This document shows positions 1 through 15,000 of a DNA stretch of 64,000 nt, in pieces. This DNA comes from Eledone cirrhosa (taxonomy: Eukaryota), in assembly GCA_964016885.1 (NCBI GenBank), contig OZ024742.1, positions 162,440,001 through 162,504,000 on the forward strand. The letters are read 5' to 3'. The notes under the pieces were generated by a model. The model was not told the origin of the DNA and made no database searches. It worked only from the letters and a program-made list of their open reading frames with translations. Both the position numbers and the translations under genes were made by a program. Position 1 is the stretch's first letter; every line of letters begins with the position of its first letter.

Positions 1-3000
1 TGTGAGGTAACGAGTGTCTGTGTGTGTGAGGTAATGAGTGTCTGTGAGTGTGAGAGCTAATGAGTGTCTGTGTGTATGAGAGGTAATGGGTGTCTGTGTG
101 TGAGAGGTAATGACTGTTTGTGTGTGTGTGAGAGGTAATGAATTTCTGTGTGAGAGAGGTAATGAGTGTCTGTGTGTGTGAGGGAATGAGTGTCTGTGTT
201 TGTGAGAGGTAATGAGTGCCTGTGTGAGTGAGGTAATGAGTGTCTGTGTGTGTGAGGTAATGAGTGTCTGTGTGTGTGAGGTAATGAGTGTCTGTGTGTA
301 TGAGGTAATGAGAGTCTGTGTGTGTGAGGTAATGAGTGTCTGTATGTGTGAGAGGTAATGAGTGTTTGTGTTTGTAGGAGGTAATGAGTGTCTGTGTCAG
401 AGAGGTAATGAGTGTATGTGTGAGAGAGGTAATGAGTGTCTGTGTGTGTGTGAGGTTATGAGTGTTTGTGTGTGAGAGGTAATGAGTGTCTGTGTGCGTG
501 AGAGCTAATGGGTGTCTGTGTGTGAGAGTTAACGAGTGTCTGTGTGTGTGTGAGAGGTAATGAGTGTCTGTGTGTGTGTGAGCTAAAGAGTGTGTGTGAG
601 AGGTAATGAGTGTCAGTGTGTGTGTGAGGTAATGAGTGTCTGTGTGTGTGAGATTTAAGGAGTGTCTGTGTGAGAGAGGTAATGAGTGTCTGTGTGTGTG
701 TGAGGTAACGAGTGTCTGTGTGTGTGAGGTAATGAGTGTCTGTGAGTGTGAGAGCTAATGAGTGTCTGTGTGTATGAGAGGTAATGGGTGTCTGTGTGTG
801 AGAGGTAATGACTGTTTGTGTGTGTGTGAGAGGTAATGAATTTCTGTGTGAGAGAGGTAATGAGTGTCTGTGTGTGTGAGGGAATGAGTGTCTGTGTTTG
901 TGAGAGGTAATGAGTGCCTGTGTGAGTGAGGTAATGAGTGTCTGTGTGTATGAGGTAATGAGAGTCTGTGTGTGTGAGGTAATGAGTGTCTGTATGTGTG
1001 AGAGGTAATGAGTGTTTGTGTTTGTAGGAGGTAATGAGTGTCTGTGTCAGAGAGGTAATGAGTGTATGTGTGAGAGAGGTAATGAGTGTCTGTGTGTGTG
1101 TGAGGTTATGAGTGTTTGTGTGTGAGAGGTAATGAGTGTCTGTGTGCGTGAGAGGTAATGAGTGTCTGTGAGAGAGGAAAAGAGTGTCTGTGTGTGTATG
1201 AGGTAATGAGTGTCTGTGTCAGAGAGGTAATGAGTGTATGTGTGTGAGAGGTAATGAGTGTCTGTGAGTGTGAGGTAATGAGTGTCTGTGTGTGTGAGAG
1301 GTAATGAGTGTCTGTGTGTGTGAGAGGTAATGAGTGTCTGTGTGTGTGAGGTAATGAGTGTCTGTGAGTGTGAGGTAATGAGTGTCTGTGAGTGTGAGGT
1401 TATGAGTGTTTGTGTGTGAGAGGTAATGAGTGTCTGTGAGTGTGAGGTAATGAGTGTCTGTGTGTGTTAGAGGTAATGAGTGTCTGTGTGTGTATGTGAG
1501 GTAATGAGTGTCTGTGTGTGAGAGTTAATAATCCTCTGCTTTTGTGTGAGGTAATGAGTGTCTGTGTGAGAGAGTTAATGAGTGTATGTGTGAGAGAGGT
1601 AATGAGTGTCTGTGTGTGAGAGGATATGAAAGTATGTGTGTGTGAGGTAATGTGTCTGTGTGTGTGTGTGAGAGGTAATGAGTATCTGTATGTGTGGGTG
1701 CTAATGAGTGTCAGTGTGTGAGTGAGGTAATGAGTGTCTGTGTGAGAGAGGTAATGAGTTTGTGTGTGACAGGTAATGAGTGTCTGTGTGAAAGAGGTAA
1801 TGAGTGTCTGTGTCAGAGAGGTAATGAGTGTATGTGTGTGAGAGGTAATGAGTGTCTGTGTGTGTGTGAGGTAATGAGTGTCTGTGTGTGAGAGGTAATG
1901 AGTGTCTGTGCGTGAGAGGTAATGAGTGTCTGTGTGTGTGTGAGTGGTAATGAGTGTATGTGAGGTAATGAGTGAGTGTAAGAGGTAATGAGTATCTGTG
2001 TGTGTGAGGTAATGAGTGTCTGTGTGTGTGTGTGAGTTAATGAGTGTCTGTGTTTGTGTGAGGTAATGAGTGTCTGTGTGCGTGAGAGGTAATGAGTATC
2101 TGTGAGTGTGAGGTAATGAGTGTCTGTGTGTGTGAGAGGTAATGAGTGTTTGTGTGTGAGAGGTAATGTGTGTCTGTGTGTGTGTGGTAATGAGTGTCTG
2201 TGTGTGTGTGATGTAATGAGTGTCTGTGTGTGTGAGAGGTAATGAGTGTCTGTGTGTGAGAGGTAATGAGTGTCTGTGCGTGAGAGGTAATGAGTGTCTG
2301 TGTGCGTGAGAGGTAATGAGTGTCTGTGAGTGTGAGGTAATGAGTGTCTGTGTGTGTGTGAGGTAATGAGTGTCTGTGTGTGAGAGGTAATGAGTGTCTG
2401 CGTGTGAGAGTTAACGAGTGTCTGTGTGTGTGTGAGAGGTAATGAGTGTCTGTGTGTGTGTGAGCTAAAGAGTGTGTGTGAGAGGTAATGAGTGTCAGTG
2501 TGTGTGTGAGGTAATGAGTGTCTGTGTATGTGAGGTAATGAGTGTCTGTGTGTGTGTGAGGTAATGAGTGTATGTGTGTGTGAGATAATGAGTCTCTGTG
2601 TGTGTGTGAGGTAATGATTGTCTGTCTGAGTGAGGTAATGAGTGTCTGTGTGTGTGAGAGGTAATGAGTATCTGTGTGTGCGTGAGCTAATGAGTTTCTG
2701 TGTGTGTGAGAGGTAATGGGTGTCTGTGTGAGATAGGTAATGAGTGTCTGTGTGTGAGAGGTAATGAGTGTCTGTGTGTGTGTGAGAGGTAATGAGTGTC
2801 TGTGTGTGTGTGAGGTAATGAGTGTGTGTGAGAGGTAATGAGTGTCTGTGTGACAGAGATAAAGAGTGGCTGTGTGTGTGTGTGTGAGATAATGAGGCTC
2901 TCTGTGTGAGGTAATGAGTGTCTGCCTGAATGAGGTAATGAGTGTCTGTGTGTGTGTGATGTAATGAGTGTCTGTGTGTGTGTGAGGTAATGAGTGTCTG

Positions 3001-6000
3001 TGTGTGAGAGGTAATGAGTGTCTGTGTGTATGTTTAGGTAATGAGTGTGTGTGAGAGGTAATGAGTGTCTGTGTGTGAGAGGGAATGATAGTCTGTGTGT
3101 GAGAGGTAATGAGTGTCAGTGTGTGAGAGGTAATGAGTGTCTGTGTGTGAGAGGTAATTAGTGTCAGTGTGTGAGAGTTAATGAGTGTCTGTGTGTGAGA
3201 AGAAATGAAAGTCTGTGTGTGTGAGGTAATGTATGTCTGTGTGTGTGTGTGAGAGGTAATGAGTATCTGTGTGTGTGAGCTAATGAGTGTCTGTGTGCGT
3301 GAGAGGTAATGGGTGTCTGTGTGAGATAGGTAATGAGTGTCTGTGTGTGAGAAGTAATGAGTATCTGTGTGTGTGTGAGGTAATGTGTGTCTGTGTGTGA
3401 GAGGTAATGAGTGTCTGTGTGTGTGTGAGGTAATGAGTGTCTGTTTGTGAGAGGTAATGAGTGTCTGTGTGTGAGAGTTAACGAGTGTCTGTGTGTGTTT
3501 GAAAGGTAATGAGTGTCTGTGTGTGTGTGAGCTAAAGAGTGTGTGTGAGAGGTAATGAGTGTCAGTGTGTGTGTGAGGTAATGAGTGTCTGTGTGTGTGA
3601 GATTTAAGGAGTGTCTGTGTGAGAGAGGTAATGAGTGTCTGTGTGTGTGAGATTTAAGGAGTGTCTGTGTGAGAGAGGTAATGAGTGTCTGTGTGTGTGT
3701 GAGGTAACGAGTGTCTGTGTGTGTGAGGTAATGAGTGTCTGTGAGTGTGAGAGCTAATGAGTGTCTGTGTGTGTGAGAGGTAATGGGTTTCTGTGTGTGA
3801 GAGGTAATGACTGTTTGTGTGTGTGTCAGAGGTAATGAATTTCTGTGTGAGAGAGGTAATGAGTGTCTGTGTGTGTGAGGGAATGAGTGTCTGTGTTTGT
3901 GAGAGGTAATGAGTGCCTGTGTGAGAGAGGTAATGAGTGTCTGTGTGTGTGAGGTAATGAGTGTCTGTGTGTGTGAGGTAATGAGTGTCTGTGTGTATGA
4001 GGTAATGAGTGTCTGTGTGTGTGAGGAAATGAGTGTCTGTATGTGTGAGAGGTAATGAGTGTTTGTGTTTGTAGGAGGTAATGAGTGTATGTGTGAGAGA
4101 GGTAATGAGTGTCTCTGTGTGTGTGAGGTTATGAGTGTTTGTGTGTGAGAGGTAATGAGTGTCTGTGCGTGAGAGGTAATGAGTGTCTGTGTGCGTGAGA
4201 GGTAATGAGTGTCTGTGAGAGAGGAAAAGAGTGTCTGTGTGTGTATGAGGTAATGAGTGTCTGTGTCAGAGAGGTAATGAGTGTATGTGTGTGAGAGGTA
4301 ATGAGTGTCTGTGAGTATGAGGTAATAAGTGTCTGTGTGTCTGAGAGGTAATGAGTGTCTGTGTGTGTGAGATGTAATGAGTGTCTGTGTGTGTGAGGTA
4401 ATGAGTGTCTGTGAGTGTGAGGTAATGAGTGTCTATGAGTGTGAGGTTATGAGTGTTTGTGTGTGAGAGGTAATGAGTGTCTGTGAGTGTGAGGTAATGA
4501 GTGTCTGTGTGTGTGAGAGGTAATGAGTGTTTGTGTGTGTGTGAGAGGTAATGAGTGTCTGTGTGTGTATGAGAGGTAATGAGTGTCTGTGTGTGAGAGG
4601 TAATAAGTCTCTGCTTTTGTGTGAGGTAATGAGTGTCTGTGATTGTGAGGTAATGAGTGTCTGTGTGTGTGAGAGGTAATGAGTGTTTGTGTGTGAGAGG
4701 TAATGTGTGTCTGTGTGTGTGTGGTAATGAGTGTCTGTGTGTGTGTGATGTAATGAGTGCCTGTGTGTGTGAGAGGTAATGAGTGTCTGTGTGTGAGAGG
4801 TAATGAGTGTCTGTGCGTGAGAGGTAATGAGTGTCTGTGTGCGTGAGAGGTAATGAGTGTCTGTGAGTGTGAGGTCATGAGTGTCTGTGTGTGAGAGTTA
4901 ACGAGTGTCTGTGTGTGTGTGAGAGGTAATGAGTGTCTGTGTGTGTGTGAGCTAAAGAGTGTGTGTGAGAGGTAATGAGTGTCAGTGTGTGTGTGAGGTA
5001 ATGAGTGTCTGTGTGTGTGAGATTTAAGGAGTGTCTGTGTGAGAGAGGTAATGAGTGTATGTGTGTGTGTGAGGTAACGAGTGTCTGTGTGTGAGAGGTA
5101 ATGAATTTCTGTGTGAGAGAGGTAATGAGTGTCTGTGTGTGTGAGGGAATGAGTGTCTGTGTTTGTGAGAGGTAATGAGTGCCTGTGTGAGAGAGGTAAT
5201 GAGTGTCTGTGTGTGTGAGGTAATGAGTGTCTGTGTGTGTGAGGTAATGAGTGTCTGTGTGTATGAGGTAATGAGTGTCTGTGTGTGTGAGGTAATGAGT
5301 GTCTGTATGTGTGAGAGGTAATGAGTGTTTGTGTTTGTAGGAGGTAATGAGTGTCTGTGTCAGAGAGGTAATGAGTATGTGTGAGAGAGGTAATGAGTGA
5401 CTCTGTGTGTGTGAGGTTATGAGTGTTTGTGTGTGAGAGGTAATGAGTGTCTGTGCGTGAGAGGTAATGAGTGTCTGTGTGCGTGAGAGGTAATGAGTGT
5501 CTGTGAGAGAGGAAAAGAGTGTCTGTGTGTGTATGAGGTAATGAGTGTCTGTGTCAGAGAGGTAATGAGTGTATGTGTGTGAGAGGTAATGAGTGTCTGT
5601 GTGTGTGAGAGGTAATGAGTGTCTGTGTGTGTGAGAGGTAATGAGTGTCTGTGTGTGTGAGGTAATGAGTGTCTGTGAGTGTGAGGTAATGAGTGTCTGT
5701 GAGTGTCAGGTTATGAGTGTTTTTGTGTGAGAGGTAATGAGTGTCTGTGAGTGTGAGGTAATGAGTGTCTGTGTGTGTGAGAGGTAATGAGTGTCTGTGT
5801 GTGTGTGAGAGGTAATGAGTGTCTGTGTGTGAGAGGTAATGAGTGTCTGTGTGTGTATGAGAGGTAATGAGTGTCTGTGTGTGAGAGGTAATAAGTCTCT
5901 GCTTTTGTGTGAGGTAATGAATGTCTGTATGAGAGAGTTAATGAGTGTATGTGTGAGAGAGGTAATGAGTGTCTGTGTGTGAGAGGATATGAAAGTCTTC

Positions 6001-9000
6001 TGTGTAATGTGTCTGTTTGTGTGTGTGAGAGGTAATGAGTATCTGTATGTGTGTGTGCTAATGAGTGTCAGTGTGTGAGTGAGGTAATGAGTGTCTGTGT
6101 GAGAGAGGTAATGAGTGTGCGTGTGACAGGTAATGAGTGTCTGTGTGAAAGAGGTAATGAGTGTCTGTGTGTGTGAGGTAATGAGTGTCACAGTGTGCGA
6201 GGTAATGAGTGACTGTGTATGTGAGGTAATGAGGGTCTGTGTGTGTGTGATGTAATGAGTGTCTGTGTGTGTGAGAGGTAATGAGTGTGTGTGAGAGGTA
6301 ATGAGTGTCTGTGTGAGAGAGATAAAGAGTGTCTGTGTGTGTGTGAGATAATGAGGCTCTCTGTGTGAGGTAATGAGTGTCTGCCTGAATGAGGTAATGA
6401 GTGTCTGTGTGTGTGTGATGTAATGAGTGTCTGTGTGTGTGTGAGGTAATGAGTGTCTGTGTGTGAGAGGTAATGAGTGTCTGTGTGTATGTTTAGGTAA
6501 TGAGTGTGTGTGAGAGGTAATGAGTGTCTGTGTGTGAGAGGGAATGAGTGTCAGTGTGTGAGAGGTAATGAGTGTCTGTGTGTGAGAGGTAATTAGTGTC
6601 AGTGTGTGAGAGTTAATGAGTGTCTGTGTGTGAGAGGAAATGAAAGTCTGTGTGTGTGAGGTAATGTATGTCTGTGTGTGTGTGTGGGAGGTAATGAGTA
6701 TCTGTGTGTGTGAGCTAATGAGTGTCTGTGTGCGTGAGAGGTAATGGGTGTCTGTGTGTGAGATAGGTAATGAGTGTCTGTGTGTGAGAAGTAATGAGTG
6801 TCTGTGTGTGTGTGAGGTAATGAGTGTCTGTGTGTGAGAGTTAATGAGTGTCTGTGTGTGAGAGTTAACGAGTGTCTGAGTGTGTGTGAGAGGTAATGAG
6901 TGTCTGTGTGTGTGTGAGCTAAAGAGTGTGTGTGAGAGGTAATGAGTGTCAGTGTGTGTGTGAGGTAATGAGTGTCTGTGTGTGTGAGATTTAAGGAGTG
7001 TCTGTGTGAGAGAGGTAATGAGTGTCTGTGTGTGAGTGAGGTAACGAGTGTCTGTGTGTGTGATGTAATGAGTGTCTGTGAGTGTGAGAGCTAATGAGTG
7101 TCTGTGTGTGTGAGAGGTAATGGGTGTCTGTGTGTGAGAGGTAATGACTGTTTGTGTGTGTGTGAGAGGTAATGAATTTCTGTGTGAGAGAGGTAATGAG
7201 TGTCTGTGTGTGTGAGGGAATGAGTGTCTGTGTTTGTGAGAGGTAATGAGTGCCTGTGTGAGAGAGGTAATGAGTGTCTGTGTGTGAGGTAATGAGTGTC
7301 TGTGTGTATGAGGTAATGAGTGTCTGTGTGTGTGAGGTAATGAGTGTCTGTATGTGTGAGAGGTAATGAGTGTTTGTGTTTGTAGGAGGTAATGAGTGTC
7401 TGTGTCAGAGAGGTAATGAGTATATGTGTTAGAGAGGTAATGAGTGTCTCTGTGTGTGTGAGGTTATGAGTGTTTGTGTGTGAGAGGTAATGAGTGTCTG
7501 TGCGTGAGAGGTAATGAGTGTCTGTGTGTGTGAGATAAAGTGTGTCTGTGATTGTGAGGTAATGAGTGTCTGTGAGTGTGAGGTTATGAGTGTTTGTGTG
7601 TGAGAGGTAATGAGTGTCTGTGAGTGTGAGGTAATGAGTGTCTGTGTGTGTGAGAGTTAATGAGTGTCTGTGTGTGTGTGAGAGGTAATGAGTGTCTGTG
7701 TGTGTATGTGAGGTAATGAGTGTCTGTGTGTGAGAGGTAATAAGTCTCTGCTTTTGTGTGAGGTAATGAGTGTCTGTGTGAGAGAGTTAATGAGTGTATG
7801 TGTGAGAGAGGTAATGAGTGTCTGTGTGTGAGAGGATATGAAAGTCTGTGTGTGTGAGGTAATGTGTCTGTGTGTGTGTGTGAGAGGTAATGAGTGTCTG
7901 TGTGAAAGAGGTAATGAGTGTCTGTGTGTGTGAGGTAATGAGTGTCACGGTGTGCGAGGTAATGAGTGACTGTGTATGAGAGGTAATGAGGGTTTGTGTG
8001 TGTGTGATGTAATGAGTGTCTGTGTGTGTGTGAGGTAATGAGTGTCTGTGTGTGAGAGGTAATGAGTGTCTGTGCGTGAGAGGTAATGAGTGTCTGTGTG
8101 TGTGTGAGTGGTAATGAGTGTATGTGAGGTAATGAGTGAGTGTAAGAGGTAATGAGTATCTGTGTGTGTGAGGTAATGAGTGTCTGTGTGTGTTTGTGAG
8201 TTAATGAGTGTCTGTGTTTGTGTGAGGTAATGAGTGTCTGTGTGTGTGAGAGGTAATGAGTGTCTGTGAGTGTGAGGTAATGAGTGTCTGTGTGTGTGAG
8301 AGGTAATGAGTGTTTGTGTGTGAGAGGTAATGAGTGTCTCAGCGTGAGAGGTAATGAGTGTCTGTGTGCATGAGAGGTAATGAGTGTCTGTGAGTGTGAG
8401 GTAATGAGTGTCTGTGTGTGTGTGAGGTAATGAGTGTCTGTGTGTGAGAGGTAATGAGTGTCTGTGTGTGAGAGTTAACGAGTGTCTGTGTGTGTGTGAG
8501 AGGTAATGAGTGCCTGTGTGTGTGTGAGCTAAAGAGTGTGTGTGAGAGGTAATGAGTGTCAGTGTGTATGTGAGGTAATGAGTGTCTGTGTGTGTGAGAT
8601 TTAAGGAGTGTCTGTGTGAGAGAGGTAATGAGTGTCTGTGTGTGTGTGACGTAACGAGTGTCTGTGTGTGTGAGGTAATGAGTGTCTGTGAGTGTGAGAG
8701 CTAATGAGTGTCTGTGTGTGTGAGAGGTAATGGGTGTCTGTGTGTGAGAGGTAATGACTGTTTGTGTGTGTGAGAGGTAATGAATTTCTGTGTGAGAGAG
8801 GTAATGAGTGTCTGTGTGTGTCAGGGAATGAGTGTCTATGTTTGTGAGAGGTAATGAGTGCCTGTGTGAGAGAGGTAATGAGTGTCTGTGGGTGTGAGGT
8901 AATGAGTGTCTGTGTGTGTGAGGTAATGAGTGTCTGTGTGTATGAGGTAATGAGTGTCTGTGTGTGTGAGGTAATGAGTGTCTGTATGTGTGAGAGGTAA

Positions 9001-12000
9001 TGAGTGTTTGTGTTTGTAGGAGGTAATGAGTGTCTGTGTCAGAGAGGTAATGAGTGTATGTGTGAGAGAGGTAATGAGTGTCTCTGTGTGTGTGAGGTTA
9101 TGAGTGTTTGTGTGTGAGAGGTAATGAGTGTCTGTGCGTGAGAGGTAATGAGTGTCTGTGTGCGTGAGAGGTAATGAGTGTCTGTGAGAGAGGAAAAGAG
9201 TGTCTGTGTGTGTATGAGGTAATGAGTGTCTGAGTCAGAGAGGTAATGAGTGTATGTGTGTCAGAGGTAATGAGTGTCTGTGTGTGTGAGAGGTAATGAG
9301 TGTCTGTGTGTGTGAGAGGTAATGAGTGTCTGTGTGTGTGAGGTAATGAGTGTCTGTGAGTGTGAGGTAATGAGTGTCTGTGAGTGTGAGGTCATGAGTG
9401 TTTGTGTGTGAGAGGTAATGAGTGTCTGTGAGTGTGAGGTAATGAGTGTCGGTGTGTGTGAGAGGTAATGAGTGTCTGTGTGTGTGTGAGAGGTAATGAG
9501 TGTCTGTGTGTGAGTGGTAATGAGTGTCTGTGTGTGTATGAGAGGTAATGAGTGTCTGTGTGTGAGAGGTAAAAAGTCTCTGCTTTTGTGTAGGGTAATG
9601 AGTGTCTGTGTGAGAGAGTTAATGAGTGTATGTGTGAGAGAGGTAATGAGTGTCTGTGTGTGAGAGGATATGAAAGTCTGTGTGTGTGAGGTAATGCGTC
9701 TGTGTGTGTGTGTGAGAGGTAATGAGTATCTGTATGTGTGTGTGCTAATGAGTGTCAGTGTGTGAGTGAGGTAATGAGTGTCTGTGTGAGAGAGGTAATG
9801 AGTGTGTGTGTGACAGGTAATGAGTGTCTGTGTGAAAGAGGTAATGAGTGTCTGTGTGTGTGAGGTAATGAGTGTCACAGTGTGCGAGGTAATGAGTGAC
9901 TTTGTATGTGAGGTAATGAGGGTCTGTGTGTGTGTGATGTAATGAGTGTCTGTGTGTGTGTGAGGTAATGAGTGTCTGTGTGTGAGGTAATGAGTGTCTG
10001 TGCGTGAGAGGTAATGAGTGTCTGTGTGTGTGTGAGTGGTAATGAGTGTATGTGAGGTAATGAGTGAGTGTAAGAGGTAATGAGTATCTGTGTGTGTGAG
10101 GTAATGAGTGTCTGTGTGTGTGTGTGAGTTAATGAGTGTCTGTGTTTGTGTGAGGTAATGAGTGTCTGTGTGCGTGAGAGGTAATGAGTGTCTGTGAGTG
10201 TGAGGTAATGAGTGTCTGTGTGTGTGAGAGGTAATGAGTGTTTGTGTGTGAGAGGTAATGTGTGTCTGTGTGTGTGTGAGGTAATGATTGTCTGTCTGAG
10301 TGAGGTAATGAGTGTCTGTGTGTGTGTGATGTAATGAGTGTCTGTGTGTGTGAGAGGTAATGAGTGTCTGTGTGTGAGAGGTAATGAGTGTCTGTGCATG
10401 AGAGGTAATGAGTGTCTGTGTGTGAGATAGGTAATGAGTGTCTGTGAGTGTGAGGTAATGAGTGTCTGTGTGTGTGTGTGAGGTAATGAGTGTCTGTGTG
10501 TGAGAGGTAATGAGTGTCTGTGTGTGAGAGTTAACGAGTGTCTGTGTGTGTGTGAGAGGTAATGAGTGTCTGTGTGTGCGTGAGCTAAAGAGTTTGTGTG
10601 TGAGGTAATGAGTGTCTGTGTGTGTGAGATTTAAGGAGTGTCTGTGTGAGAGAGGTAATGAGTGTCTGTGTGTGTGTGAGGTAACGAGTGTCTGTGTGTG
10701 TGAGGTAATGAGTGTCTGTGAGTGTGAGGTAATGAGTGTCTGTGTGTGTGAGAGGTAATGAGTGTCTGTGAGAGAGGTAATGAGTGTCTGTGTGTGTGAG
10801 AGGTAATGAGTGTCTGTGAGAGAGGTAATGAGTGTCTGTGTGTGTGAGAGGTAATGAGTGTTTGTGTGTGAGAGGTAATGTGTGTCTGTGTGTGTGTGGT
10901 AATCAGTGTCTGTGTGTGTGTGATGTAATGAGTGTCTGTGTGTGTGAGAGGTAATGAGTGTTTGTGTGTGAGAGGTAATGTGTGTCTGTGTGTGTGTGGT
11001 AATCAGTGTCTGTGTGTGTGTGATGTAATGAGTGTCTGTGTGTGTGAGAGGTAATGAGTGTCTGTGTATGAGAGGTAATGACTGTCTGTGCATGAGAGGT
11101 AATGAGTGTCTGTGAGTGTGAGGTAATGAGTGTCTGTGTGAGTGAGAGGTAATGAGTGTCTGTCAGAGAGGTAATGAGTGTCTGTGTGTGTGAGAGGTAA
11201 TGAGTGTTTGTGTGTGAGAGGTAATGAGTGTCTGTGTGTGTGAGGTAATGAGTGTGTGTGAGAGGTAATGAGTGTCTGTGTGAGAGAGGTAAAGAGTGGC
11301 TGTGTGTGTGTGTGTGAGATAATGAGGCTCTCTGTGTGAGGTAATGAGTGTCTGTGTGTGTGTTATGTAATGAGTGTCTGTGTGTGAGAGGAAATGAAAG
11401 TCTGTGTGTGTGATGTAATGTGTGTCTGTGTGTGTGTGAGCTAATGAGTGTCTGTGTGCATGAGAGGTAATGAGTGACTGTGTGTGTGATCTAATGAGTG
11501 TCTGTGTGTGTGTGAGAGGTAATGAGTGTCTGTGTGTGTGTGAGCTAAAGAGTGTGTGTGAGAGGTAATGAGTGTCAGTGTGTGTGAGAGGTAATGAGTG
11601 TCAGTGTGTGTGTGAGGTAATGAGTGTCTGTGTGTGTGAGATTTAAGGAGTGTCTGTGTAAGAGAGGTAATGAGTGTCTGTGTGTGTGGGAGGTAATGAG
11701 TGTCTGTGTGTGTGAGGTAATGAGTGTCTGTGAGTGTGAGAGCTAATGAGTGTCTGTGTGTGTGAGAGGTAATGGGTGGCTGTGTGTGAGAGGTAATGAG
11801 TGTTGGTGTGTGTGTGAGAGGTAATGAGTTTCTGTGTGTGAGAGGTAATAAGTGTCTGTGTGTGTGAGGGAATGAGTGTCTGTGTTTGTGAGAGGTAACG
11901 AGTGTCTGTGTGTTTGTGAGGGAATGAGTGTCTGTGTGTGTGAGGTAATGAGTGTCTGTGAGTGTGAGAGCTAATGAGTGTCTGTGTGTGTGAGAGGTAA

Positions 12001-15000
12001 TGGGTGTCTGTGTGTGAGAGGTAATGAATGTTTGTGTGTGTGTGAGAGGTAATGAGTTACTTTGTGAGAGAGGTAATGAGTGTCTGTGTGTGTGTGAGAT
12101 GTAATGAGTGTCTGTGTGAGGTAATGAGTGTTTGTGTTTGTAGGTAATGAGTGTCTGTGTGTGTGAGAGGTAATGAGTGTTTGTGTGTGAGAGGTAATGT
12201 GTGTCTGTGTGTGTGTGAGGTAATGATTGTCTGTCTGAGTGAGGTAATGAGTGTCTGTGTGTGTGTGATGTTATGAGTGTCTTTGTGTGTGAGAGGTAAT
12301 GAGTGTCTGTGTGTGAGAGGTAATGAGTGTCTGTGCATGAGAGGTAATGAGTGTCTGTGTGTGAGATAGGTAATGAGTGTCTGTGAGTGTGAGGTAATGA
12401 GTGTCTGTGTGTGTGTGTGAGGTAATGAGTGTCTGTGTGTGAGAGGTAATGAGTGTCTGTGTGTGAGAGTTAACGAGTGTCTGTGTGTGTGAGAGGTAAT
12501 GAGTGTCTGTGTGTGCGTGAGCTAAAGAGTTTGTGTGTGAGGTAATGAGTGTCTGTGTGTGTGAGATTTAAGGAGTGTCTGTGTGTGTGAGAGGTAATGA
12601 GTGTCTGTGTGTGTGTGAGGTAACGAGTGTCTGTGTGTGTGAGGTAATGAGTGTCTGTGAGTGTGAGGTAATGAGTGTCTGTGTGTGTGAGAGGTAATGA
12701 GTGTCTGTGAGAGAGGTAATGAGTGTCTGTGTGTGTGAGAGGTAATGAGTGTCTGTGAGAGAGGTAATGAGTGTCTGTGTGTGTGAGAGGTAATGAGTGT
12801 TTGTGTGTGAGAGGTAATGTGTGTCTGTGTGTGTGAGGTAATGAGTGTCTGTATGTGTGAGAGGTAATGAGTGTTTGTGTTTGTAGGAGGTAATGAGTGT
12901 CTGTGTCAGAGAGGTAATGAGTGTATGTGTGAGAGAGGTAATGAGTGTCTCTGTGTGTGTGAGGTTATGAGTGTTTGTGTGTGAGAGGTAATGAGTGTCT
13001 GTGCGTGAGAGGTAATGAGTGTCTGTGTGCGTGAGAGGTAATGAGTGTCTGTGAGAGAGGAAAAGAGTGTCTGTGTGTGTATGAGGTAATGAGTGTCTGA
13101 GTCAGAGAGGTAATGAGTGTATGTGTGTCAGAGGTAATGAGTGTCTGTGTGTGTGAGAGGTAATGAGTGTCTGTGTGTGTGAGAGGTAATGAGTGTCTGT
13201 GTGTGTGAGGTAATGAGTGTCTGTGAGTGTGAGGTAATGAGTGTCTGTGAGTGTGAGGTCATGAGTGTTTGTGTGTGAGAGGTAATGAGTGTCTGTGAGT
13301 GTGAGGTAATGAGTGTCGGTGTGTGTGAGAGGTAATGAGTGTCTGTGTGTGTGTGAGAGGTAATGAGTGTCTGTGTGTGAGTGGTAATGAGTGTCTGTGT
13401 GTGTATGAGAGGTAATGAGTGTCTGTGTGTGAGAGGTAAAAAGTCTCTGCTTTTGTGTAGGGTAATGAGTGTCTGTGTGAGAGAGTTAATGAGTGTATGT
13501 GTGAGAGAGGTAATGAGTGTCTGTGTGTGAGAGGATATGAAAGTCTGTGTGTGTGAGGTAATGCGTCTGTGTGTGTGTGTGAGAGGTAATGAGTATCTGT
13601 ATGTGTGTGTGCTAATGAGTGTCAGTGTGTGAGTGAGGTAATGAGTGTCTGTGTGAGAGAGGTAATGAGTGTGTGTGTGACAGGTAATGAGTGTCTGTGT
13701 GAAAGAGGTAATGAGTGTCTGTGTGTGTGAGGTAATGAGTGTCACAGTGTGCGAGGTAATGAGTGACTGTGTATGTGAGGTAATGAGGGTCTGTGTGTGT
13801 GTGATGTAATGAGTGTCTGTGTGTGTGTGAGGTAATGAGTGTCTGTGTGTGAGGTAATGAGTGTCTGTGCGTGAGAGGTAATGAGTGTCTGTGTGTGTGT
13901 GAGTGGTAATGAGTGTATGTGAGGTAATGAGTGAGTGTAAGAGGTAATGAGTATCTGTGTGTGTGAGGTAATGAGTGTCTGTGTGTGTGTGTGAGTTAAT
14001 GAGTGTCTGTGTTTGTGTGAGGTAATGAGTGTCTGTGTGCGTGAGAGGTAATGAGTGTCTGTGAGTGTGAGGTAATGAGTGTCTGTGTGTGTGAGAGGTA
14101 ATGAGTGTTTGTGTGTGAGAGGTAATGTGTGTCTGTGTGTGTGTGAGGTAATGATTGTCTGTCTGAGTGAGGTAATGAGTGTCTGTGTGTGTGTGATGTA
14201 ATGAGTGTCTGTGTGTGTGAGAGGTAATGAGTGTCTGTGTGTGAGAGGTAATGAGTGTCTGTGCATGTGAGGTAATGAGTGTCTGTGTGTGAGATAGGTA
14301 ATGAGTGTCTGTGAGTGTGAGGTAATGAGTGTCTGTGTGTGTGTGAGATGTAATGAGTGTCTGTGTGAGGTAATGAGTGTTTGTGTTTGTAGGTAATGAG
14401 TGTCTGTGTGTGTGAGAGGTAATGAGTGTTTGTGTGTGAGAGGTAATGTGTGTCTGTGTGTGTGTGAGGTAATGATTGTCTGTCTGAGTGAGGTAATGAG
14501 TGTCTGTGTGTGTGTGATGTAATGAGTGTCTTTGTGTGTGAGAGGTAATGAGTGTCTGTGTGTGAGAGGTAATGAGTGTCTGTGCATGAGAGGTAATGAG
14601 TGTCTGTGTGTGAGATAGGTAATGAGTGTCTGTGAGTGTGAGGTAATGAGTGTCTGTGTGTGTGTGTGAGGTAATGAGTGTCTGTGTGTGAGAGGTAATG
14701 AGTGTCTGTGTGTGAGAGTTAACGAGTGTCTGTGTGTGTGTGAGAGGTAATGAGTGTCTGTGTGTGCGTGAGCTAAAGAGTTTGTGTGTGAGGTAATGAG
14801 TGTCTGTGTGTGTGAGATTTAAGGAGTGTCTGTGTGAGAGAGGTAATGAGTGTCTGTGTGTGTGTGAGGTAACGAGTGTCTGTGTGTGTGAGGTAATGAG
14901 TGTCTGTGAGTGTGAGGTAATGAGTGTCTGTGTGTGTGAGAGGTAATGAGTGTCTGTGAGAGAGGTAATGAGTGTCTGTGTGTGTGAGAGGTAATGAGTG